From positions 3,852,954 to 3,916,953 of the forward strand of contig CM120644.1 of NCBI GenBank assembly GCA_051362555.1: a stretch of DNA of 64,000 bases, given 5' to 3'. Every line of letters begins with the position of its first letter. Positions within the stretch are counted from its first letter, which is position 1. The position numbers and the translations under genes were made by a program. Source of the stretch: Lingula anatina. Taxonomy: Eukaryota > Animalia > Brachiopoda. This document shows positions 53,818 to 64,000 of the stretch, piece after piece. A model generated the notes under the pieces. The model searched no databases, was not told the origin of the DNA, and was given only the letters and a program-made list of their open reading frames with translations.

Positions 53818-56800
53818 TTAACGGAGCGCTTTTCTTAAGACTAAGACACCATGCTCGCCAACCGTCGTGCGTTCGAGTATCTCATAATTTGCAGTGATCT
53901 GTTCAATCCTAGCTTCTCCATATATACGATGCGCATTAAATACCAACCAGCCCTCCGGAGTGCCAAAGTTGACTGGTATACCTAGATAAAACAACGCACC
54001 AGGCTTAAGCATGCACCATATTTGAGCTGCTGCCTCCAGGTCGCCATTTGGATTGATGGGGTCCCCGTAGCGACCAAGACCAGAGTGTTCCAAAGAAGAA
54101 AACGAAGCAGCAAAATCCATTAGGAGCGATTGGTTCTTGGTGATTTTATCCGCTAAATCTGACATAAACTCGAAAGACAGCTGTGGGTGGTCAAAGAAAA
54201 CAGGGTTGTAATCAACAGTTGTCACGTGATTTACACCAAGATTTAATAAAATGACCTCAACCCAAGGACTTTGACTTCCGATAACTATTCCGGACTTGCC
54301 TTTCAGTTGATCTTGGTATTTGGAGAGAACCTGCTTGTAGCCAATGCCCTGTGACCCATAATTGGCGATGTGTTTCACTTTATCATTAGCTAAGAGATTT
54401 TTGATATGTTGCGATGTGAAAGTTCCCTTCCGACCCTTTCTTGAGCCATCTATATACCTACGAGTTAACTTCAAACTGCCATTCTGTGTGAAATCAAGAT
54501 ACAGCTCTGGTGGCGGCTCTCTCAGGGGCGGTTTGAAAACTTTCCCAGACGGATTCTTTATTCTGAGAAATATATTCTTACAGTTGAAGTCTTTTCTTAG
54601 GAAAAGGTCTTCTTTTTTCTTATGCAAGGAAAAATTGCAAATTTGGCCACAAAGTGGGAATGAATGGGTGCTGTCTGTATCATCCCGTATATAACCCATC
54701 TTGCTCTGTCCTGAAACGGTAATATACGTTACTTAATATATATTATATATTCTATGCTGGGAAGACTTACTGCATCTTGTAACTTACTGTACATTCATAG
54801 AGTTATATACAGACATAACATTTTACGTTATATTTTTCCAAGTCATTTTCTTCGATTTCCCCTATAATTCTGTCAATTTTGACTCCACTCTCTCACAATA
54901 TTATACACCAGTGTTTAATCTGTGTTTTCTTTCAAGGTGGTCGATCATATCATCTCTGAAAGATTGTCTGATCATCTCCATTATATCGATCTCCTGTAGA
55001 AAATGCAATAAGCATATGAGAATGGCCACAACACAGAAACGGCACTGATTCGAATCGAGAATGATCTTGACCTTTTTGATATGTCAGCAGCTTTTTATAC
55101 GGTAAGCCATCAACTGTTTCTTATTTTTAGAGGAGAACAAAGGGACCACAGGCAAACCCTTAGCAAAATATCAGGCCTGCTGCAATCTACAATTCCTTCT
55201 TGACAATTTGAAGCAGATTTGGTAGCGTTCCCTGAGGAAGTGCCCTGTGTCCTCTCCAGTTTTGTATCGATACACTTCGCCTTTATGAATTCACATACTT
55301 CCTTGGAATTGACTTAAACAATACTCATCTGTATTCTCCCTGTATCATCATGAATCCTGAAATTTCCTTAACGAAAATGTAAAAGGTGTATTTCCAATTT
55401 CAGGATCTGGACGGTAAGGCAACAAACTATTGGTATTCGAAAGCAAAATGGACTGAAAGCCTCAGTATCAAGATAGGTGAAAGTGGAGTCAACACTTATC
55501 TTGCAAAAGAAAAAAATCTTGGACACTTTATTAGGTAAGAAAGCCTCCATGTTTTTTTTAAAGGGGCCACAAGTATTATCAGCAAATTTGCAACATTATG
55601 CCGACTCTTTAAGGGAATCTTTTTTAAAATTATGAAAAGAACTTTTAGAAACGACTTTTAAAGAGCTAAAGACAAGGTAGGAAATTAATGGGTACTGACT
55701 CACCTGAGCACACATCACTCTATTCAAATATCTCATAAGAGAGATATTTTAATGAAGTAGTTTAATACCTAGCCTTATCTCTTAAACTTGATTCTATACT
55801 AAATGTCAGGTCTGCATTTCTTTAAAGTTAATATTGTAATGAGGATTTTCTCTTAAAACATCAAAATAAGCAAATATTATTTTTTCTAGCAGCAGGGTAA
55901 GTTGATTGATATTATGTTATGAGAGTGTTCTGCCACGTATCTGTTTATATTATGGACATGACACGAATCTATGCTTATTGTAATCAGACTGGGATTACAA
56001 TTTGTTACAAAAGTAAAACTGACATACCTTCGGTTAATTGAGCCTGTTTGCTTTGGCTGTTTTGCGGTACCTGAAGGAAATAGAATACAAAATAACCACA
56101 ATTATACTGTATAATACTAGAAAAAGAAAGAAATAAAGAAAGAAAAGCAAGTTTTTGTCTCCATCATAGTCCTTAAAATGACCAAATAAGCACGTTAGTA
56201 TTGTCACTGTCTCAGTCCTTCAGTAGGCCAAGGGAACTGATACGTTTGAGTTATTCCGGGCTAGCCTGAGTTTTTTTGAACACATGACTCGAAAGTCTTA
56301 CATGATTCAGTTGTCCACAATCAATACTATTGGGCACTGGAACCAGAAAACCAAGTTAAGGAGACTGAATTCCATGCCGACATCATGGCACGGCTGTCCG
56401 GTCTGGACAGGGGGCGTGCCATTAGCCATTGCCTTTGAAACAGGGCTATGGATTGGGTGGGCATAAGTGGTAATTTCCAAACAGGAATCGTGGTGATTAT
56501 GCCATTCATGCATCACCACCAACCCTATGCCAACTCCAGTAGGACAACGCCCGTTCCCCATACTGTCAAGATGGCCATCTAGACTCTTCTTAGTAATACC
56601 AGTCATGTCTCTCATTGAGCATGCCTGGGATGTGCTGGGTATACAGACTACTTCATCACTCCCAGTCACAGCCTGCCACAGTCAGAGTTAAGACTGGCGG
56701 AGGAATGGAGATGGGTGACTCGTAAAACCATAAAACCAAGGACAAAACAAAATTTACGATTTTTTGCTATCATATAAATTATATAATAGTTCCATTTAAT

Positions 56801-57451
56801 TGTGACAACCACCTAAACATCGTTGTATCTCATGTATTACATGTGAGATAATACACTTTCACCCGAGATATGTGCCATAGCACCTCGAGGGTTACCGGTG
56901 TTCGAGGCATTTTTCGCGAGAGTGTGGCAGGGTATTATTTGACATACATACCTGTACATACATACATTCATACGTACGAAAGATCCACCGAAAAATATCA
57001 ATAAAACCGGATAAGGCGTATATCCCCACGGTTACATAACATTTTAAGTATAGCGTAAGACATATCCTCAAAACAATTCTTCTCAGTTCTATTCTTCTTT
57101 ATAAGTTAGTTGTATGATAATGTTATTTTGAATGCCTGTACGACCTGTTACGTCCTTTTGAATAATAATATAAGTGATATTGTTTGTTTTAGCAAGATCA
57201 ATAAGCGTATTTTTACTTTTACACAAAATCTTTTTCATCGAATATTGTTATAATATAAGATGCATAGTTCAAATAGTCATAAAACAATATTTAACTTCAT
57301 GTTGTCAGCATTATGAATAAAGTAGGCCTACCAGGTGTTTCTTGACTGATACAGCGCATTTTTGCTTCAAGTCGTAGTTCACAACCAGCAGTAGTATGAT
57401 TAGAGTGGTTGCAAAGAGTGAGAACAGATGTATTCCTAATGTTCGCCTCAT
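53818..57451 (-). CDS. DUF268-family protein, copy 7, inverted (exons 57451-57332, 56070-56028, 54710-53818)
   Basis: Exon 1 MRRTLGIHLFSLFATTLIILLLVVNY..., 43-nt micro-exon and intact catalytic exon, all with canonical junctions on the - strand. Confidence 0.88.
54950..55130 (+). mobile_element. L2/CR1-type LINE RT relic in intron 2 of copy 7
   Basis: AY..GHNTETALIRIEND...DMSAAFxTVxH motif. Confidence 0.55.
56290..56720 (+). mobile_element. Ancient Tc1 relic in intron 1, shared by copies 3, 5, 6 and 7 (~22290-22570, ~37980-38215, ~45050-45760 on the opposite strand)
   Basis: Degenerate ...IEHAWDVLG... motif; alignable between paralogous introns. Confidence 0.5.
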
Positions 57452-59175
57452 ATCCAAATATCGCACAGCTGCAAATAACCTAGGATCACAACCTACAAAT
57501 ATAAAGCAAATAAATATATAAACAAACTAGTAGCAAACATCGCATCCTTATACTCCTGGATACGGTCTCACAAGATGAATGGACCATTTCGGTTCGAGAT
57601 ACCTCCTTAATTCCAATTGAAGAGAAAATAAAATTTTGACACAAAATAAGGCCTGACTCAAGAACTATATGTGTCCATCAATACTTTGTGCAGCGGGTTG
57701 TCTCAGTTTATATAAATATGTATAAATAATAATCTTTGTGAAGCACAACATGGAAACGGACTTATCAAAGGTAAATTATATGTCTGGTTTCGCATAACAG
57801 AAACCCTATAAATTTCTTCCATCGATCGCATCTGGAATACTATTTGATGGCTAGAGCACTGTTACAAATATTATCCAATGCAGTTAATGTAACATTTACA
57901 GCTTGGCACCTGTACCATATTTGATGGGCTCATTTTAATCGAAAAAAGATATGTAGTGATTCTTTCAGCGTAATATTTTGAGCGTCTTCCTATTCTTTTC
58001 ATGTAGAGGTCACAATGTCAACAATTACCTACCCCCAGTACCACTTCGGGTACTCAGGCCGTGCAATGGTGTCAGCGTGGAATTCAGTCTCCTTAACTTG
58101 GTTTTCTGGTTCCAGTGCCCGGTAGTATTGATTGTGGACAACTGAATTATGTAAGACTTGAAATCACTCCTACCCTTGTTAACACCTTCCCTACACATAA
58201 CATACTGTAACAATTGAAGCACCTTTGCAAAAAAGAATAATAAAATAAAATAAAAATAACTTACCTAAGCTTGTCAGATTGTCACATCCACGCCGTCTCG
58301 ATTGATTGAATTGCCTTCAGAGAAATAATTCAGTGGAGAATGTCGCAGCTGTATTATAGGCACCTCATATAGAATACAATATTAATTGTATTTTATGTAC
58401 CAGCAGGTACCGTTGAAAATGTACATATGGAAAATGCTTAAGAACGTGACATTAAATCACAAAACAAAACGCAAAATTACAAAATGAAAATTATTGACGT
58501 GATGTGTCTGTACATAAAAATGTGCTTGGTGATCGCAGAACTTGACTTAATATTTTTACGAGTCCCTATGATTCATTTTATAGTAGGAGACACTGGGTTA
58601 TATCAGAATTGAACTAAGTAGAATGTGTATTCTCTCAAAGGTGAAGACACTGTGCATTGCGATAATTCCGCCATTCGTTTGAGTTATTATGCTATAGGCC
58701 TAATGAGTTATTATGCTGTAGTACATCATCCCACCATTTAGAGCCGCGCAGTATATAATGATAATCTTTCTTTTTATAATTTGTTTGACACACTTCTTAG
58801 CGGTGAAGGGCCCCCAAAACTTTTGGTATTTTAGAGGGCAAACGGTGCCATTTGGTACGGTTTAGAACTATGATTCAGCTAGTCAAAATTCTAATTTCAA
58901 GAAACCAAAAATTGAAGGGGGGGTCAGGGATCCCCTGACACCACCACCCCCCAAACGGCCACTGAACAAACGTCATTTTCATCAATGTGACATCCGAGTG
59001 TGATGTTCTGTATATTTCAAAGATTAATCATTGACATAATTTCTACCAAAACTCGTCAAGTCATTTATTTAGACATTTATTTAGTCATGTTATTATTTAG
59101 ACAGAGCGAAACGTGAAACGTCGGCCGACCTCTGTCTCCCCAGAGAACTCACTAGTATGCGCTGTTATATGTCTT

Positions 59176-59344
59176 CTACGACAGCAACTGTTACTGTACA
59201 ATGGACAGCCGCAGAAAAGTATTGTTACTGTAGAAAATAAAAACAAGATCATTGTCCAGTAAATCCATCCCTTTGATATACTTGTAGGCATCTTTAAACA
59301 AAAACCGAGTGCAATGAAATTGATAGTAGACTATAGGTTCACCT
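59176..59344 (+). pseudogene. Degenerate 3' relic of a DUF229 gene
   Basis: CTACGACAGCAACTGTT...CCATCCCT...CCGAGTGCAATGAAATTGA...GTTCACCT matches ~19421-19566 (C-terminus and 3' flank). Confidence 0.7.
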
Positions 59345-60152
59345 CTTTCTGTTTGATGTTCTTATATTCCACTTTTAACAGCTCCAACAGAAGCCAATTT
59401 CTGCTGTAAACGTTATTAGCTAAATTAATATTCATTATATTATATTTATCGATTTATCCGTCACAATAATGCACAAACAGTAGGTACAAGTATTAAACTA
59501 CAGGAGTGTTGATCTAAATGGACACCTTTATTGATTTATCACATATACATACAAGTTTGAACCTTAACGTGCTTCACAAGAAACACTGTATATAAAAATA
59601 GATATCAATTCATTGTGCTATAAATACAAGTTAAGTGACAAAGCGTATGATTTTAAAAAAGCGAAATCAACAGATCACCACCGAGGTGGGGGAATAGGCC
59701 TCACGACAAATAACGACAAATATACTTGAAGTTGGGCATCTATTGACTATTGTCTCGGATATAACGTGCCTCTATATTAAAAGTACCGACTTATGAGATT
59801 CATTAAACTTTGGCATTGATATGCGTGTTTTAAACTGGGTTTAAAAAAACATTCTGCGGTGTAATTCTTACGTTAAGTTATAACGGGCTCTGTTATGTCT
59901 GACTCAGAAGTTCTTGGTCCGACTCGATCACGTCCCCGATTTCATTTCAACACAAAAAAGGACTATGAAACACAAGCGTCCATACTTATAAAAATCCATG
60001 AATGGAGTGCATGTACTGGCGATCCTTTAAAAGGTATAATTTAGCTTATCTAAGAATTAAATTTTCTTAAGTCTTCTTACATTTATTATATTAAACATAA
60101 AACTGTACAGTTTGTATTAAATGGCATTCATTTGTTGCTGCCCCATTAGAGA

Positions 60153-61785
60153 TCACGGATTTTTGTTCGTGTTGATTTTTAGGACATTCACCTTCTTGTT
60201 CGGTTTTTTTGACAGAAGAGAGATAATGCGAAGTACTCCAAACTCCAGGAACTCCACAATCGTGAGAAGACTGAAGCCCATAAACAGCCCAAACTGACCA
60301 CCGATGTCACCTGAAAGTGGTGAAAGTAGGCTAATATCCCAGACGACAGGGAAATCAGCATTGGGAGGAGGGGGTCTTGTACACCACCTCAGTCAATCAA
60401 TCAATAAATAAATATATAAATAAACTAGAACAATAAATAGATGAACTAGAAAATTAACTGAACAAACGTAAAACCAACCAATTATCCTATGAATGAATAA
60501 ATAGATAAACTAGAAAATTTAATAAATAAACGTAAAAAGGTACAGAATTTTGAGGTAAGCACGTTCAGGAAAATGCCTACCTGTAAATCCGTTTTAATGT
60601 TCGATATAACTTTTCACCTTTACAGTGGTGAGTCAAATTTACCAAGTGATGCTTAATATCGTTTTAATTTTAACAATTAATGTGAAGGACTTACTGATGA
60701 TCCCTGTTACTTCTACAGCCTGCATTTGAACACTTTCAACGTAGTTCAAACTTTCGAAATACACGTCAATGATGACGTAGTTCTTCCTGAAATTTAAGTT
60801 TAAGAAGTAAAAATTAAAGATTTTGGAATGTAGGGGAGACCGGGGCTAGTTGGATCCCGGGGTAAGTTGTCCCCCCCCCCCCCCCCCCCCCTCCCCCCAT
60901 CACATCTCTTTAATATAAATCTACCATCCTCCATACTACAACAGAAATGCACTATTGCTTTCGCAGGTAGAAGTTTCTAATTAAAATAACATGCAGCTAA
61001 TAAAACCTTTCAAAGACTCACTGCTAAATTAATTTGCTTCTCCTTGGTTAAAGGAGTAATTGTTATCTTATTAAAAGTTGTAACATTACAAAACACCCGC
61101 CATTTAATACATTCACTTCACCTGATGCACGCTTCTACTTTTAACCACATTTTCGTACACGCCATCAGCTTTTAACCACATTTTCGTACACGCCATCAGC
61201 TTTTAACCACATTTCCGTACACGTCATCAGCTTTCAACCACATTTCCGTACACGTCACTATATTTGTCGCACAATCCCACGCAAGTCATTTCCCTTACCT
61301 GGCATTTTCCACTGTTGTGCCAAGTTCTAATGCTAATTCTGCCCTTGTGCTTTCACTGGGAATGGCAGCGTAGGACAATGAGGTTTCAAATAAAACGCTG
61401 GAGCACGGCACCTCGCATTCGCACATTTCGGAAAAGGATCGCTTGATTTCCCCTGGAAAAATCAATAAGATAACATCATTGGCGTGAAAATGAGCTTGAC
61501 AAAAATGGCTCTCGTTTTTATTTACACTGGGTCATTCATCTCAAAGAAAAATGCTTAACATATGGTCTTGTTGTTAATACCAAGCTTAAGCTAAGGACCC
61601 TACAGATATTGAAAAATGTTGTACCTTGACATTTGTGATATCACGCGTTCTTACCCATGAGTGGCCGGATGCATGTCAACATCACCTCCGGAGAGCACGT
61701 GGCTCCTGGACCTACGAAAAAAAAAACAAGGGAATTTCTATTATAACTAAAAGTGTTATTCAAGGTATTATCTCTCACACACACA

Positions 61786-61828
<43 letters not shown>

Positions 61829-61894
61829 ACCCACACACACACACACATAAACATGAGCTATTTCTACTTGGCAAATGCATCAGTTAAGATCCAC

Positions 61895-61945
<51 letters not shown>

Positions 61946-62106
61946 GTTATTTCTATACCTGGCAAATGCATCAGTTTACATCCACATCTGTTCATCATAT
62001 GACCCAGCTTACACTCGGCCACGCAGCCAGACATGGTGTACACAGAGTGGTAGTCTAACGTGGAAGAGGCATTGCAGTCTCCATATGGAGGCTCCATTGT
62101 GGACGA
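60153..62106 (-). CDS. DEG/ENaC (ASIC-like) ion-channel subunit, 3' five exons (62106-61959, 61711-61655, 61452-61299, 60786-60695, 60310-60153); 5' part beyond window
   Basis: In-phase GT/AG exons give PPYGDC...YTMSGCVAEC...CGC..LPG...CS...C...CECEVPC...SLSYA...NYVIIDVYFESLNY...SDIGGQFGLFMGFSLLTIVEFLE, i.e. the thumb cysteines and TM2 of DEG/ENaC. Confidence 0.92.
60833..60898. mobile_element. Short terminal remnant of a pogo-like element
   Basis: TA-GGGGAGACCGGGGCTAGTTGG...GGGTAAGTTG resembles the terminus at 62356. Confidence 0.5.
61138..61257. repeat. Intronic minisatellite, 31-bp unit x ~4
   Basis: CTTTTAACCACATTTTCGTACACGCCATCAG; AACCAC at 61143, 61174, 61205 and 61236. Confidence 0.92.
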
Positions 62107-62355
62107 CTGGAAGTACGCAACAGAAGTAGGTTTGTGAAGACTGAATGGCAGCTTAACCTCTACTCACTATGCATGTTTTTATCTTTAGAGGGTGTTAAAT
62201 AAAACAGTTTCTGTCATGTGCAACACTATATATCATTTTATTTTTTTAGCAAGCAACTCTAGGTTTTTAGATTTTAAGGGTAGGCCTATCGTTAACGACA
62301 TTTCTGTAGCTTTCGTCCGTTAGCTGCATTCCTTTCCTTTACTCCTTATTGCATA

Positions 62356-64000
62356 GGGGAGAGCGGGGTGGGTTGGAACGCGGGTAAGTTGGAACATTGG
62401 CTTTATTTCTTAAATCACAAGACCGATCATGTGCTCCTTCAGCATAAAAATGTCACGTGGCATGGTCATTCATCCGGTAAACTTGTGGAAGTTTCGAAAA
62501 TGCAGTAAAAGTTTTATGCGAAAAAAACTTATTTTCGCTACTCGAAGTAAGTTTTCATATTTTTGACATTCATCGTACTGTAAACTAAAGTATAAGGATT
62601 ATATCACTGAAATTGTGCATAGCGTTTAGGACCACCTTGATGTTCAAAAGGCTGTTGTTTTTTTAATCACTTCCCACGTGTTAAAGAAATACAGTGTCAT
62701 AAGTAGGCCATGACGTCATGGGGGCTGGTCGGAACATTTGACATGGGGCCAGTTGGAACACTGTCAGGGGTGTTCCAACCCACCCCGCACGGTGTTTTTC
62801 ATTTTTTAAACCTCTCTAAATGTTTTAATTTCAACTTTGAAGAGAGTAGTAACGTAGTAACCCAGTACAACTCCAACTGGAGACGGAATCTAGCTGATAG
62901 AACATCTCCAAGATGCCGGAATGTACATGCGTGTAGAAGATACAAGGGGGGGGGGGGGGGGGTCATTGCTTGTTAAATCAAGGAGTTATAACTCCTTGGT
63001 TAAATGCAGTTCCTAGCTGTTTGGTCTAAAGGGGTCTGCATGCCCACTGTTGCTTTTTGCGATAAATTGCTTTTAGATGTGGAAGGAAATGTTGATTATT
63101 ACTCTGCTTTTCGCGGCAAAATGAAAATATTCTAGCTGAGAGCCTATGTTATGGATAAACTATACAACACCAATTCTGCCGATGTAGTTTTTAAATGTTT
63201 TGTGTAATGGATTGGGGGTTGCTGTTAATGTTTAGTGAACGACGGTACAAAATCCGCCAGAAAAGACAAACATTCACCTCGTAACTTAGACAAAGATTCA
63301 GTTGAAATCTCAGTTGCCCTCACCGGAAGAGGTGCTACAGCACGCTAAAGCTCACTTAAGAAAAACCCCAAACAGCTCAAGTCCAGCAATAATTAGACCC
63401 TTTCCAAAGGCTCACCGTCGCATTCCAAAGATTAAAAGAAGAAAACGATGCAGTGCAGTACTAACTGACACACCTGAAAATGAGCTACTCGAAAAAGAAA
63501 AGGCCAAGCCCAACAAAATTAAAAAGGACAAGCGCAACAAAAATAAAAAACAGTTTAAGATTTCTAGTCGATAGAGAAAATCAAGAAAAGGGAAATTAAA
63601 GATGACCAGCGATTCTGAGTCAGAAGAAGAGTGGCCATGTCTGGTTTGTGGGGAGCCGTTCATTAACAGCCGACCAAAAGAGCAATGGGTTAAATGCATT
63701 GTTTGTCTAAAGTGGTCACATGAAGACTGTACAAAGGTTGACCAAGTGTAGGGCCTACATATGTCAGAACTGCGATTTTGATTCTGAGTTGTTGAGTTGA
63801 AAGAGATACAGTTTTCATTTGTAGGTCTAACATACTGTTGTTAATAGGTTGAGTTATATGAGTTCAATTTCTTTTCTCTTAAACTACACCACTTTTGTTA
63901 TCATTATGAAATGAAGTGTAACTGGATATGGTTTATACATCGAAAAGACTATTTGAAAGCAAATTGTAAAAGTAAAAAATGCTTACAAACTATGGAGATA
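62356..64000 (+). mobile_element. Internally deleted pogo-like DNA transposon in the channel intron; retains the transposase C-terminus with a PHD-like finger
   Basis: TA-GGGGAGAGCGGGG terminus. 63302-63770 encodes SPAIIRPFPKA...SAVLTDTP...WPCLVCGEPF...WVKCIVCLKWSHEDC with stops. No DDE core seen. Confidence 0.65.

Noticed and set aside
61122-61298. 31-bp repeat as a coding extension of the channel exon (possible donor at 61121)
   Set aside because: Read-through of the 61298 donor hits TAA at once, 31 is not a multiple of 3, and the 61298 donor already has the right phase.
63302-63770. Host PHD-finger gene
   Set aside because: Contains stops, has no exon structure, and follows a transposon terminus; it fits a pogo-like transposase tail.

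Overview
AT-rich, intron-containing animal (invertebrate, probably lophotrochozoan) genomic DNA; not prokaryotic. The core is a tandem cluster of seven DUF268-family (SAM-methyltransferase-like) genes. Each has three coding exons: a 120-nt signal-anchor exon, a 43-nt micro-exon and a ~890-nt catalytic exon. Five copies look intact (one is inverted), one lacks exon 1 in the window, and one is a pseudogene. Interleaved are two intact two-exon DUF229 (alkaline-phosphatase/sulfatase-superfamily) genes and split relics of a third. A ~14.6-kb DUF268-DUF229-DUF268 cassette is duplicated head-to-tail. The DUF268 paralogues have a nearly invariant core, a hypervariable segment and mosaic ancestry. The right end holds five 3' exons of a DEG/ENaC channel gene (- strand). 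Mobile DNA includes a solo LTR containing a 5'-truncated Tx1/L1-type LINE with a ~232-bp flanking duplication, two Helentron-like (HINE) elements flanking an orphan vigilin exon, several MITEs, Tc1, RTE and L2 relics, and a pogo-like transposon. All family calls come from motif recognition by eye; no searches were run.
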